DNA of 64,000 bases. It comes from Roseomonas sp. Lineage in GTDB: Bacteria > Pseudomonadota > Alphaproteobacteria > Acetobacterales > Acetobacteraceae. Positions 27,256-36,983 of the stretch are shown in pieces. The stretch lies in the NCBI GenBank assembly GCA_035556695.1, contig DATMFR010000060.1, positions 84-64,083 of the forward strand, given 5' to 3'. Positions within the stretch are counted from its first letter, which is position 1; every line of letters starts with the position of its first letter. The translations under genes were made by a program, and so were the position numbers. The notes beneath the pieces were generated by a model. That model ran no database searches. It had not been told where the DNA came from and saw nothing but the letters and a program-made list of their open reading frames with translations.

Positions 27256-28854
27256 ATGCAGCAAGTTCGGACCCTGGGGCCTGGTTTCGATCTGGGGGGG
27301 CTGGGCGCCACGCTCAGGCGGCTCGGCCCTGCGAAAATCGGTGCTCTGGTGGCGGTGGGACTGGCGGCGCTGATCGCCGTGATCCTGGTGGCGCGCTCCG
27401 CCAATGCGCCGGATGGCCTGCTCTATGCCGGGCTGGAGCCCGCCGAGGCCGGGCGGATCGCCACCCGGCTGGAGGAGTTGAAGGTCCCTGTCCAGGCGCG
27501 CGGCGACGGCGCCATCTTCGTGCCGGCCGAGCAGGTGGCGCGGCTGCGCATGCAGCTTGCCGCCGAGGGCCTGCCGCGCCAGGGCGGCGCCGGCTACGAG
27601 CTGCTCGACCAGGCCAGCCCGATGCAGATGACCTCCTTCATGCAGCGCGTGCAGCGGTTGCGGGCGTTGGAGGGCGAGCTGGCGCGCACCATCATCACCA
27701 TGCAGGGGGTACGCTCCGCGCGGGTGCACATCGTGCTGCCGGAGCGCGAGAGTTTTTCGCGCGACGCGCCGCCGCCGACCGCCTCGATCACCGTCACCAC
27801 CCAGGCCGGGCAGCGGCTCGGCGCCGCGCAGGCGGCGGCGATCCGGCTGCTGGTGGCCGGCGCCGTGCCGCGCTTGCGGCAGGAAGACGTGTCGGTGGTC
27901 GACCCAAACGGCATCGTGCTGGCGGCCGATGGCGGGCTGGGTGCCGCCGCTGGTCGTATCGGGGAAATTCGCATTGCCCAGGAGCAGGCGCTCCAGAAGG
28001 CGGTGCTCGATCTGCTGGAGCCGATCCTCGGCCGCGGCAAGGTGCGCGCGGTGGCCTCGATCGACGTCGAGGGCGCCCGCACCGTGGCGCGCGAGGAGAC
28101 CTATGACCCCCTCGGCCAGGTCGAGCGCGGCCGGCAGACCCAGACCGAGCAGGAGAACAGCGACGACGGCCGCGGCCAGGCGCCGGTGACGGTCGGGCAG
28201 AACCTGCCGAACCAGCAGGTCGGCAACAACGCCACACGCAGCACCTCCTCCAGCCAGCGCCGCAACGAGACGGTGAATTTCGAGATCTCCTCGAAGGTCG
28301 AGGAGACGGTGCGCGAGCCCGGTGCGGTGAAGCGCGTCAGCGTCGCCGTGGTGGTGGACGAGGCCGCCGATGCCGCGGGAAAGACGGTGCCGCGCCCGAA
28401 GGAAGAGCTGGACCGCCTGGCGGCGCTGGTGCGCTCCGCGGTTGGCTTCAACGAGAAGCGCGGCGACATCGTGACGGTCGAGACGCTGCGCTTCCTGCCG
28501 GAAGAGGGGCTCGGCACGCTGGCCTCGGCCGATGCCGACGGGGTGCTGCTGAGCGGCCGGCAGATCGCGATGATCGCGGGCGGGCTGGTGCTGGCCCTGG
28601 TCGCCGCCAGCCTGCTGTTCCGCCGCCGCCAGCGCCGCCTGGTGGCCGAGGCCGCCGCGGCTGCGACTGCCGCGGCCGCCGCCGCCGCCGCTGCGGCCCA
28701 GGCGGACAGCATGGACGACGCCATCGCCACGGTCGGGCAGGACATCCAGATCCGGCTGTCCTCCCTTTCCGCCTTGCAGGAGATCATCGACCAGCGGCCG
28801 GATGAGGCCCTGGCGGTGGTCCGCTCCTGGATCGAGGAAGGGACGCCGGCATGA
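27256..28854 (+). CDS. fliF: MS-ring protein FliF
   Basis: [79 protein letters not shown]. Confidence 0.95.
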   Translation: MQQVRTLGPGFDLGGLGATLRRLGPAKIGALVAVGLAALIAVILVARSANAPDGLLYAGLEPAEAGRIATRLEELKVPVQARGDGAIFVPAEQVARLRMQLAAEGLPRQGGAGYELLDQASPMQMTSFMQRVQRLRALEGELARTIITMQGVRSARVHIVLPERESFSRDAPPPTASITVTTQAGQRLGAAQAAAIRLLVAGAVPRLRQEDVSVVDPNGIVLAADGGLGAAAGRIGEIRIAQEQALQKAVLDLLEPILGRGKVRAVASIDVEGARTVAREETYDPLGQVERGRQTQTEQENSDDGRGQAPVTVGQNLPNQQVGNNATRSTSSSQRRNETVNFEISSKVEETVREPGAVKRVSVAVVVDEAADAAGKTVPRPKEELDRLAALVRSAVGFNEKRGDIVTVETLRFLPEEGLGTLASADADGVLLSGRQIAMIAGGLVLALVAASLLFRRRQRRLVAEAAAAATAAAAAAAAAAQADSMDDAIATVGQDIQIRLSSLSALQEIIDQRPDEALAVVRSWIEEGTPA

Positions 28855-29534
28855 TGCTGCGCCCCTACCAGCCGCCCGCGCTGCTGGCGCTGGTCGCCGA
28901 TGAGGATGGCAGCGCCGCCGCGCGCCTGCGGGCCGAGGAGCGGATCCGCGCCACGGCAATGGAGGCCGGGCGGCAGCGCGGCCTGGAGGAGGGCCTGGCG
29001 CGGGGCCGCGCCGAAGGCGAGGCCGAGGGTCGCGCCGCGGCGGAGCAGGCGCTGCGGGCCGAGATGGCGCAGCGCAGCCGCCAGGGTGCGGCGGCGGCCG
29101 CCACGGCGCTGGAAAGGTTGCTGGCGGACCGCGTCGAGGAGCGGCGGCGGCTCGACACCGAACTGCGCGCCACGGTGGTGGCGGCGCTGGAGACGCTCTT
29201 CCCCGTGTTGCTGGCGCACGCCGTCGGCGGCGAGGTGGCGGCGCTGCTGGCCGCGGCGCTGACCGAGCGCGAGGCCGACGCCATCACCCTGCGCGCCCAT
29301 CCCGACACCCTGGCCGCCGCGCAGGCGGAGGGCTTCCCGGGCGAGCCGCATGCCGGCCGGCTGCGGCTGCTGCCCGATGACACCATGCCGCCGGGGCAGG
29401 CCGAGGCCGCCTGGGCCGATGGCGGCCTTGTCTACGATCCGGCCGTGCTGCGGGCGCAGGTGCTCGCCATCCTCGGCGCCTCCGCCCCCACCCAGACAGA
29501 CGCGGCCATGGCCGCACAGGAGAACCAGTCGTGA
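28851..29534 (+). CDS. fliH: FliH-like export apparatus protein
   Basis: GxxxG repeats (GRQRGLEEGLARGRAEG), ITLRAHPD, LLPDDTMPPGQAEAAWADGG; follows fliF. Confidence 0.75.
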   Translation: MMLRPYQPPALLALVADEDGSAAARLRAEERIRATAMEAGRQRGLEEGLARGRAEGEAEGRAAAEQALRAEMAQRSRQGAAAAATALERLLADRVEERRRLDTELRATVVAALETLFPVLLAHAVGGEVAALLAAALTEREADAITLRAHPDTLAAAQAEGFPGEPHAGRLRLLPDDTMPPGQAEAAWADGGLVYDPAVLRAQVLAILGASAPTQTDAAMAAQENQS

Positions 29535-29812
29535 GTGAGAGCGCCACGCCCGAAAACCCGTTCCTGACCGAGCGCAAGCCACGCATCATGGACATTCCGG
29601 TGAATGTGCAGGTGGTGCTGGGCAGCAAGCGCCTGCCGATGGCGGCGCTGTTCAACCTCAGCCGCGGCTCGGTCATCGAGTTCGACAAGAAGGTCGGCGA
29701 GCCGGTGGACCTGATGGCCAATGAGCGGCTGATCGCCCGCGGCGAGATCCAGATCACCGATGACGGGCGGCTGTCGATCTCGATCACCGAGATCGTTTCC
29801 TCCGCCGGCTGA
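29531..29812 (+). CDS. fliN: flagellar motor switch protein FliN
   Basis: IMDIPVNVQVVLGSKRL, GSVIEFDKKVGEPVDL, LIARGEI. Confidence 0.92.
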   Translation: MSESATPENPFLTERKPRIMDIPVNVQVVLGSKRLPMAALFNLSRGSVIEFDKKVGEPVDLMANERLIARGEIQITDDGRLSISITEIVSSAG

Positions 29813-29827
29813 GAAACACCCCCTCCG

Positions 29828-30781
29828 ATGGCGCGCAGAATGCCGCTCGCGATGGCCAGGGGAGGCGCTGCCTCCCCTGGACCCCTCCGCCGGGGTGACC
29901 GTGTCACCCCGGACCCCGCCATTTGTCCGGAAGGTCCAGGAAACCCGGTTTCCTGGTGGGGGGCGTTTGAGGGGGGCAAAGCCCTCCTCAAGGCCGCCTT
30001 CCTGGCGCTTGGATTTCTGTTGATGGCCGCGCCCGCCTGGGCGCAGAGCGTCTCGCTGAGCCTCGGCCCGCAGGGTGCCCAGGCGGCGGCGAGCGGCGGG
30101 CAGAGCCTGACCACCAACGTGGTCGGCCTGATCGTCGCCACCACGCTGCTGGCCATCGCTCCCGGCATCCTGGTGGTGGCGACCTCCTTCACCCGCATCG
30201 TCGTCGTGCTCTCCATGCTGCGCACCGCGCTCGGGCTGCAGCAGTCGCCACCGAACACGGTGATCGTCAGCCTCTCGCTGTTCCTCTCGGCCTTCGTCAT
30301 GGCGCCGGTGCTGGAGCATGTCTGGAACGACGCCGGACGGCCGCTGCTCGACGGCGCCATCACCGAGGAGATGGCGGCGGAGCGGGCCATCCAGCCCTTC
30401 CGCGGCTTCATGGAGGCCAATGTGCGGCCGCATGACCTGGCGCTGTTCATCGACATCGCCAAGTGGCAGCCGCCGGAGAGCGCGGAGGGGGTGCCGTCGG
30501 AGGAGGCGGTGAAGGATGCCAAGCTGCGCGCCGTGGTGCCGCTGCACATCCTCTCCGCCGCTTTCATCATCTCGGAGCTGAACAAGGCTTTCCAGATCGG
30601 CTTCTTGCTGTTCCTGCCCTTCCTGGCGATCGACATCGCTATCAGCTCGGTGCTGATGGGCATGGGCATGATGATGCTGCCGCCCGTCGTGGTGAGCATG
30701 CCCTTCAAGCTGATCTTCTTCGTGCTGGTGGATGGCTGGTCGCTGGTGGCCGGCGCCCTGACGCGGAGCTTCACCACATGA
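29828..30781 (+). CDS. fliP: export gate protein FliP (true start probably downstream, near 29990-30023)
   Basis: TSFTRIVVVLSMLRTALG.QQSPPN, LFLSAFVMAP, AFIISEL..AFQIGF, SSVLMGMGMMMLPP, FKLIFFVLVDGW; 5' part of the ORF is a REP-like element. Confidence 0.93.
   Translation: MARRMPLAMARGGAASPGPLRRGDRVTPDPAICPEGPGNPVSWWGAFEGGKALLKAAFLALGFLLMAAPAWAQSVSLSLGPQGAQAAASGGQSLTTNVVGLIVATTLLAIAPGILVVATSFTRIVVVLSMLRTALGLQQSPPNTVIVSLSLFLSAFVMAPVLEHVWNDAGRPLLDGAITEEMAAERAIQPFRGFMEANVRPHDLALFIDIAKWQPPESAEGVPSEEAVKDAKLRAVVPLHILSAAFIISELNKAFQIGFLLFLPFLAIDIAISSVLMGMGMMMLPPVVVSMPFKLIFFVLVDGWSLVAGALTRSFTT
29854..29923 (-). repeat. REP-like double-hairpin element, family A copy 2
   Basis: reverse complement AATGGCGGGGTCCGGGGTGACACGGTCACCCCGG..GGGGTCCAGGGGAGGCAGCGCCTCCCCTGGCC matches 7959-8032 in the stems. 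Confidence 0.6.
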
Positions 30782-31098
30782 GCGGCGCGGCCGCCGCCCC
30801 GCCCCGCCCGCGCCGCCGCCGCGCCCTGGCCTCGGGGCTGCGCCTCACGCTGGCGCAGGACGCTGTGGCGGACAGTGCTGCGCTGGAGGAGCGTCTGCGC
30901 GGCATCGCCGCCAGCCAGGGCACGCTGCTGCCGCCCGAGGCCGACCTGCCCGAGATGCTGGCCCGACTGGAACCTGGCGGCGGCCTGCCGCCCGAGCTGC
31001 CGGCCCTGCTCGCCACCCTGCTGCTGCCCCTGTTCCGCCCCGATCCCGCCGAGCCGCGGACGCGGCCAGAATCCCCGCTGCGGAGTGCTCCCCGATGA
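30778..31098 (+). CDS. small hypothetical protein between fliP and fliG
   Basis: ATGA overlaps with both neighbours; 106 aa; no family recognised. Confidence 0.5.
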   Translation: MSGAAAAPPRPRRRRALASGLRLTLAQDAVADSAALEERLRGIAASQGTLLPPEADLPEMLARLEPGGGLPPELPALLATLLLPLFRPDPAEPRTRPESPLRSAPR

Positions 31099-32123
31099 AA
31101 GCCCCTGAATCGCGCCGCGCGGTGCGCCCTGTCGAGAAGGCCGATCCTCTGGCCGATGTCGCCGTGCTGTTCATGGCGCTCGACGAGGAGCGCATCCAGA
31201 GCCTGTTCGACCGGCTGGACGAGCCCGAGATCCGCATCGTCAGCCGCGCCATGGCCAATCTCGGCAAGGTGGACATCGACCAGGTCGAGCGCGTCATCAA
31301 CCGCTTCCGCAGCGAGGTCGGCCGCACCGGCGCGGTGATCGGCACCGCCGAGAGCACCGAGCGCCTGCTGCGCCGCCTGCTGCCGAACGAGAAGGTCAGC
31401 GAGATCATGGACGAGATCCGTGGTCCCGAGGGCAAGACGATGTGGGAGAAGCTGGCCAACATCTCGCCCGAGGTGCTGGCCACCTATCTCCGCACCGAGC
31501 TGGCGCAGACCGCGGCCGTCATCCTCGCCAAGCTGCCGGCGCAGCACGCGGCGCGCGTCCTGGCGCTGCTGCCCAAGGCCTCGGTGGACGAGATCATCCT
31601 GCGCATGGTGCGGATGGACAGCATCCAGAAGGGCGTGCTGCAGGACATCGAGCAGACGCTGCAGAAGGAGTTCATCACCAACCTCAACCGCAGCTACGAG
31701 CGCGACAGCTCGCAGATCGTGGCGGAGATCATGAACCGCGCCGACAAGTCGCTGGTCGATCAGCTGATGAAGCAGATCGAGGCGCGCGAGCCGCATGCCG
31801 CCTCGCGCATCAAGCGCATCATGTTCACCTTCGACGACCTGATCCGCGTCGACCGCTCGACCTTCGCCACGCTGGTCGCCGAGTGCCCGGTGGACAAGCT
31901 GCAGATCGCCCTCACGGCCGCCTCGCCGGACCTGCGCGACCTGTTCCTCGGCAGCATGTCGGCCCGCGCGGCGACACTGATGCGCGAGGAGATCGAGAAC
32001 ATGCCTGCCCAGCGCCGCAAGACGGTGGAGGACGCGCAGGCCGACATCATCACCATCGCCAAGCGCCTCTCCGACGAGGGACGCATCTTCATCCTCGAGG
32101 AGGATGAGATCGGGGAGGAGTGA
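31095..32123 (+). CDS. fliG: rotor protein FliG
   Basis: AVLFMALDEE, MDEIRGP.G.TMWEKL, AEIMNR, IKRIMFTFDDL, MSARAA..MREEI, VEDAQ..II. Confidence 0.95.
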   Translation: MKAPESRRAVRPVEKADPLADVAVLFMALDEERIQSLFDRLDEPEIRIVSRAMANLGKVDIDQVERVINRFRSEVGRTGAVIGTAESTERLLRRLLPNEKVSEIMDEIRGPEGKTMWEKLANISPEVLATYLRTELAQTAAVILAKLPAQHAARVLALLPKASVDEIILRMVRMDSIQKGVLQDIEQTLQKEFITNLNRSYERDSSQIVAEIMNRADKSLVDQLMKQIEAREPHAASRIKRIMFTFDDLIRVDRSTFATLVAECPVDKLQIALTAASPDLRDLFLGSMSARAATLMREEIENMPAQRRKTVEDAQADIITIAKRLSDEGRIFILEEDEIGEE

Positions 32124-32139
32124 GGAAGGGCGGTGCCCC

Positions 32140-32850
32140 ATGAGCTCGGAGAAGGCACTCTCTCCTGTCCTGCCCGTCGCCGCGCCGGCGGAGCGCGAGG
32201 CGGGCGCCGGCTATGCCGCCGCTGCCCGCGCGCTGAGCGCCCTGCCGCCGCGCGGCGAGGCGGAGGCGCCGTTGCAGCCGGCCGCGCATCCGCGGCTCGA
32301 CGCGGCGGCGCTGCGGTTGGCCGGGCTGGAGGCGCTGCTGCCAGGCGGCTCCGCCGGCCTCGTGCTGCCCCTGGCGCTGGCGATGCTGCGGCCGGATGTG
32401 CGCCGCTGGCTCGGGCCCGAGCGGCTGCAGGCCCTGGCCGGCCTGCTGGACCTGCCACAGCGGGAGGTGGCGGCGGTGCTCGACGCGCCGCCGCCGCCGC
32501 CTGCCACGCTGGGCGACCCGGCGCGCTGGAGCGGGCGGCAGGTGCCGCTGCTGACGCCCCAGGGCGGCCTGGCCTGGCTGGACCTGTTCTGGCGGCCGGA
32601 CATGGCGCGGCGCCAGCGGCTGCGGGACCGGCATGTGCTGGCGGCCCGCCTGAGCTTGCCGGCCACCGGCCGCATCGAGGTGCGGGCGCGGCTGGAGGAT
32701 GCACGGCTGGACGCGGTGATGGAAACCGCCCATGCGCTGCCCCGCGCCGTGACGGCCGACCTGTCGGACGCCTTCGCGGCCCTGCTGCAGCGGCTGCGGC
32801 TGCAGGGCAGCCTGACGGTGCGGCACACGCAACAGGATCGTGGCACTTGA
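32140..32850 (+). CDS. protein with FliK-like C-terminal (T3S4) domain
   Basis: WSGRQVPL..WLDLFW...LSLPATGRIEVRARL...LDAVMET...FAALL...GSLTV pattern; short N-terminus. Confidence 0.5.
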   Translation: MSSEKALSPVLPVAAPAEREAGAGYAAAARALSALPPRGEAEAPLQPAAHPRLDAAALRLAGLEALLPGGSAGLVLPLALAMLRPDVRRWLGPERLQALAGLLDLPQREVAAVLDAPPPPPATLGDPARWSGRQVPLLTPQGGLAWLDLFWRPDMARRQRLRDRHVLAARLSLPATGRIEVRARLEDARLDAVMETAHALPRAVTADLSDAFAALLQRLRLQGSLTVRHTQQDRGT

Positions 32851-32852
32851 AA

Positions 32853-32862
32853 TGCGAAAAAC
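32853..32862 (+). promoter_or_regulatory. TGCGAAAAAC motif upstream of motB
   Basis: 58 bp upstream of motB ATG; overlaps a TGGCAC-N5-ATGC sigma54-like arrangement. Confidence 0.5.
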
Positions 32863-32910
32863 GGTGGTAGTAAAGATGAGCCTCGCCCCGCAGAGAGGCC
32901 AGCCCGCCGC

Positions 32911-33840
32911 ATGAGCGCTGACGACCATCCGAAACGCCCGATCATCGTCAAGCGCCACCACGGCGAGCACGAGGAGGAGCATGGCGGTCAGTGGAAGATC
33001 GCCTACGCCGACTTCGTCACGGCGATGATGGCCTTCTTCCTGGTGATGTGGCTGCTTTCCTCGACCACTGAGTCGCAGCGTGAGGGCATCGCGCAGTTCT
33101 TCACCTCCTCCAGCATCCTCGACCTGCCCGCCGGCAACGGCGTGCTGGAGGGCGGGCGCTCGGTGCTGGTGGCCGGTGAATCCCGCCAGGATTCCCTGAC
33201 GCCCGTGAGCGATGGCGGGCTGCGTCAGGATCGCGAAGGCGGTGAGGCGGCGGGCGAGGGCGAGGCGCCGCAGGCTGCGGTGACCACCGCGAGCGAGGCG
33301 GCGGCGCGTGACCCCATCGAGCGCCAGCGCTTCGACGCGCTGAAGGCCGAACTGGAGCGCCAGATGCAGTCCGACAGCCTGCGCGAATTCGCCCAGAACA
33401 TCCAGCTTGAGATGACGCCGGAGGGGCTGCGGCTGCAGGTCTTCGACCGCGACGGCGCGGCGATGTTCCAGCCCGGCAGCGCCGAGCCGACGCCGCGCCT
33501 GGCGCGTATCCTGGAGGTGGTCGGCAGCGTGCTGGCCACCGTGCCGAACGAGGTCGTGGTCGCCGGCCATACCGATGGGCAAGGCTTCTCGCGCGGCGGC
33601 TACGGCAATTGGGAACTCTCCGCCGACCGCGCCAATGGCGCCCGCCGCGCGCTGGAGCGGTCCGGCCTGCCGGCGCGGCGGATGTTCCGCGTCGAGGGCA
33701 AGGCGGCGGTGGAGCCGCTGCTGCCCGAGACGCCCGACGATCCGCGCAACCGGCGGATCGCCATCACCGTGCTCCGGTCCGACGTGGTGGCCGAGGCGCG
33801 CGCGGCAGCACGCCGCAATTCCAGTGAGCCGCGGCGGTGA
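32911..33840 (+). CDS. motB: flagellar stator protein MotB
   Basis: WKIAYADFVTAMMAFFLVMWL (conserved Asp), GHTD, NWELSADRAN.AR, NRRIAITVL. Confidence 0.96.
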   Translation: MSADDHPKRPIIVKRHHGEHEEEHGGQWKIAYADFVTAMMAFFLVMWLLSSTTESQREGIAQFFTSSSILDLPAGNGVLEGGRSVLVAGESRQDSLTPVSDGGLRQDREGGEAAGEGEAPQAAVTTASEAAARDPIERQRFDALKAELERQMQSDSLREFAQNIQLEMTPEGLRLQVFDRDGAAMFQPGSAEPTPRLARILEVVGSVLATVPNEVVVAGHTDGQGFSRGGYGNWELSADRANGARRALERSGLPARRMFRVEGKAAVEPLLPETPDDPRNRRIAITVLRSDVVAEARAAARRNSSEPRR

Positions 33841-33951
33841 AACCCCGCGCAGCCTCCGGTTCGCCGGCAGAAGCCGGCGCCGGTCCCCAACCGACCAGGG
33901 CCGGCCGCCGCCGGCCGCCCCCGCACCGCACCGTTTCCTGAGGGACCGCCG

Positions 33952-35415
33952 ATGACGGCCATCAACGCACTCCGCACCAGCACCTCCGGCCTGAACGCCC
34001 AGGCGCAGAAGCTGGCCGGCATTTCCAACAACATCGCGAACAGCTCGACCGTCGGCTACAAGCGGGTCGATACGCAGTTCTCCAGCCTGGTGCTGGAAGG
34101 CAGCAGCAACGGCTCCGCCGCGCTGGCAGGCACGGCGGCGCAGAACCGCATCGAGATCAGCAAGGTCGGCCAGGTGCAGAGCACCGGCATCGACACCGAC
34201 ATCGCGGTGAACGGCAACGGCTTTCTGGTGGTGAACGAGGAGAGCGCCAGCGGCGGCAAGTACCTGGCCACCCGCGCCGGCTCCTTCCGCCCCGACGCCA
34301 ATGGCAACCTGGTGAACGCCGCCGGCTACTATTTGCAGGGCGTGCCGCTTGGCGCCGATGGCATGCCGGTCGGCAATCTGGGCGACAACAACCTGGAAAG
34401 CCTGAGCACCGTCAACATCAGCAACACCAGCGTTGCCTCCTCGCCGACGACGCAGATGACCTTCTGGGCCAATCTGCCTTCCGCACAGACCGCGCCGAGC
34501 CTGACCCCGCCGGACCACAACGCCTTCATCAGCAGCGTCGACTACTACGACGCGCTGGGCGCCAGCCAGACCCTGACTTACCGCTTCACGCCGGTGGTGC
34601 AGGATCCCGGCGCCGGTGCCGCCAATACCAACACCTGGACGCTGGAGATCTTCGACAGCGCGACGGGCAGCGGCGCCACGGCGACCGACGACGGCCACAT
34701 CGTCGGCCGGATCGGCATCGAGTTCTGGGACGAGACTGCGGGCGCCAACAAGGCCGGCACGATCAAGGCCCTGACGGATATCGACGGCACCTACAGCAAG
34801 GCCGCCGGTACCGTTGCGGGCGATGTGCCCAATCCGGCCACCTATGGCCAGGACCGCACCAGTTCTGATCCCCTGAAGACCGCGACCGTCAGTGCCCTCG
34901 GCGACTACGACCCGATCACCGGCACGCTGAACATCAAGGTGGCGGGCAATGCGGTGGACCTGCCGATCAAGATCGGCGTCCCCGACAGCGTCTCCGGCAT
35001 GACCCAGCTCGCCGGCAACTACACGCCGGTGAAGGTCGAGAAGGACGGCTCCGCCTTCGGCCTGCTGGAGCGCGTCTCGGTGCAGGACGACGGCAAGGTC
35101 ATCGCCACCTTCTCGAACGGCCAGTCGCGGGCGATCTACCAGCTCAAGCTCGCCGTCTTCCCGAATGCGGACGGGCTGAACCCGGTGCGCGGCGACGCCT
35201 ACGAGATGTCGCGCGAGGCAGGATCGGTGCGCCTTCTGACGGCGGGTGAGGGCGCGGCCGGCACCACCTCGGGCGGTGCGCTGGAATCCTCCAACGTCGA
35301 TATCGGCACCGAGCTGACCAACCTGATCGAGACGCAGCGGGCCTACAGCTCCAATGCCTCGGTGGTCCGCACCGCCGACCAGATGCTTGAGGAAGCCACC
35401 AACCTGAAGCGCTGA
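33952..35415 (+). CDS. flgE: hook protein FlgE
   Basis: ISNNIANSSTVGYK, TDIAVNGNGFLVV, TRAGSFRPDANGNLVN, GALESSNVDIGTELTNLIETQRAY. Confidence 0.95.
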   Translation: MTAINALRTSTSGLNAQAQKLAGISNNIANSSTVGYKRVDTQFSSLVLEGSSNGSAALAGTAAQNRIEISKVGQVQSTGIDTDIAVNGNGFLVVNEESASGGKYLATRAGSFRPDANGNLVNAAGYYLQGVPLGADGMPVGNLGDNNLESLSTVNISNTSVASSPTTQMTFWANLPSAQTAPSLTPPDHNAFISSVDYYDALGASQTLTYRFTPVVQDPGAGAANTNTWTLEIFDSATGSGATATDDGHIVGRIGIEFWDETAGANKAGTIKALTDIDGTYSKAAGTVAGDVPNPATYGQDRTSSDPLKTATVSALGDYDPITGTLNIKVAGNAVDLPIKIGVPDSVSGMTQLAGNYTPVKVEKDGSAFGLLERVSVQDDGKVIATFSNGQSRAIYQLKLAVFPNADGLNPVRGDAYEMSREAGSVRLLTAGEGAAGTTSGGALESSNVDIGTELTNLIETQRAYSSNASVVRTADQMLEEATNLKR

Positions 35416-35426
35416 GCCCGCCGGGA

Positions 35427-35453
35427 CGCGGCGGTGGCCTGTCCACCGCCGCG
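35427..35453 (+). terminator. hairpin after flgE
   Basis: CGCGGCGGTGG-CCTGT-CCACCGCCGCG followed by CTTT, abutting the TGCGAAAAAT motif at 35457. Confidence 0.45.
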
Positions 35454-35456
35454 CTT

Positions 35457-35466
35457 TGCGAAAAAT
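35457..35466 (+). promoter_or_regulatory. TGCGAAAAAT motif upstream of flgK
   Basis: exact copy 47 bp before flgK ATG. Confidence 0.55.
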
Positions 35467-35503
35467 AGACGCAGGACCACGACCAGCCACCGGAAGCCGA
35501 GAC

Positions 35504-36961
35504 ATGAGCATTCAAGGCGCCCTTTCCAACGCCCTGTCCTCCCTGGCGGCCGAGCAGCGCCAGTCGATGATCCTGGCGAACAACATCGCCAACGCCAACA
35601 CGCCCGGCTATGTGCGGCGGGAGATGCCGCGCAGCGAGCGGCTGGTCGCCGGGGTCGGCGCCGGGGTCAGCACCGGCGCCACCACGCGCGCCGCCGATGC
35701 TGCGCTGGCCGCCACCTCCCGCGCCGCCGATGCCAGCGAGGCCTATGCGCTGCGCATGCAGACGACGCTGGAGGCCTATACCGGCGCGATCGGCCAGCCC
35801 GCCGACGCGCGCTCGCTCTCCTCGCGCCTCGGCGCCTTCCGCGAGGCGATGACCACCCTCTCCTCCGCCGCCGACAACACCGTGGCGCAGTCGCAGGCGC
35901 TCTCCGCCGCGCAGGACCTGGTGGATACGCTGCACGCCATGGACGGCGCCGTTTCCGCCGCGCGGACCCAGGCGGACCTCGGCATCGCCAGGGATGTGGC
36001 GGCGGTGAACACCGCGCTCGACCGTCTGGCCGAGGTGGACCGCGGCATGGCGCAGGCCAGCGCCCGCGGCGCCTCCACCGCCGAATACGAGGACCAGCGC
36101 GACACGCTGCTGGCCGAGATCAGCGCCAAGCTGCCGGTGCGCGTCCATGACAACGGACCTGGCCGGCTGGTGCTGATGACCGAGGGCGGCAGCACGATCT
36201 ATGACAGCACCACGGTCCATCATCTCGACTTCACCCACACCGCCTCGATCCCGACGGAGGCGCGCTATCCGGCGCAGCTCTCCGGCATCACGGTCGGGGG
36301 GCAGCCGCTGCGCCTCTCGGACAGCGGTTCCATCGCCGCCTCCCTGAAGCTGCGCGACGAGACCCTGCCGCAGTTCGCCGACATGCTGGACCAGGTGGCC
36401 GGCCGCCTGGTGGACGCCTTCCAGGAGGCCGACCCGACGCTCGGCAGCGCCACGCCGAAGCCCTTCGGCCTGTTCACCCGGCCGACCGAGACGAGCTGGG
36501 ACCCGGCGAGCAGCCCGGTGCTCGGCCTGGCGCGCGACATCGCCATCAATCCCGCCGCCGATCCGGAACGGGGCGGTGCGCTCTGGCACCTGCGCACCGG
36601 CATGAACGCCGGCAGCGAAGGGCTGGCCACCGACAACGGCTTCATCCTGGGCGCGCTCGACGCGATGGATGCCGATCGCGGCTACGCCGCCGCGAGTGGC
36701 CTGCCCGGCAGCATGACGCTGTCGGAGGCGGCTTCCCAGAGCGTCGGGCTCATGCAGGGCGCGCGCGCCGTCTGGACCGACCGGGCGGAGACCCGCTCCA
36801 GCCTGGCGCTGGAGGCGCGCCAGGACCTGACCAACAAGACCGCCGTGAACATCGATGACGAGCTGCAGCGCCTGTTGCTGGTGCAGCAGACCTATTCGGC
36901 TTCCGTACAGGTCATCAAGGCCGCCGGCAGCATGCTGGACGAGCTGACGCAGATCCGCTGA
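35504..36961 (+). CDS. flgK: hook-associated protein FlgK
   Basis: LANNIANANTPGYVRR, DQRD.LL..IS, VNIDDELQRLL..QQTY.AS..VI. Confidence 0.93.
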   Translation: MSIQGALSNALSSLAAEQRQSMILANNIANANTPGYVRREMPRSERLVAGVGAGVSTGATTRAADAALAATSRAADASEAYALRMQTTLEAYTGAIGQPADARSLSSRLGAFREAMTTLSSAADNTVAQSQALSAAQDLVDTLHAMDGAVSAARTQADLGIARDVAAVNTALDRLAEVDRGMAQASARGASTAEYEDQRDTLLAEISAKLPVRVHDNGPGRLVLMTEGGSTIYDSTTVHHLDFTHTASIPTEARYPAQLSGITVGGQPLRLSDSGSIAASLKLRDETLPQFADMLDQVAGRLVDAFQEADPTLGSATPKPFGLFTRPTETSWDPASSPVLGLARDIAINPAADPERGGALWHLRTGMNAGSEGLATDNGFILGALDAMDADRGYAAASGLPGSMTLSEAASQSVGLMQGARAVWTDRAETRSSLALEARQDLTNKTAVNIDDELQRLLLVQQTYSASVQVIKAAGSMLDELTQIR

Positions 36962-36983
36962 CGGCGCGGCAAGGAGCAAGGTG

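Noticed and set aside
28660-28700. GCC-rich poly-Ala tract in fliF
   Set aside because: Low-complexity linker; in frame, no sign of slipped-strand phase variation
7959-29923. CRISPR array or tRNA interpretation of palindromic repeats
   Set aside because: Copies are isolated, not regularly spaced with unique spacers; no cas genes; no cloverleaf or T-loop/CCA signature
32089-35511. 1140-aa minus-strand ORF
   Set aside because: Antisense shadow of motB/flgE; Arg/Gly/Ala-rich with no motifs, typical of high-GC DNA
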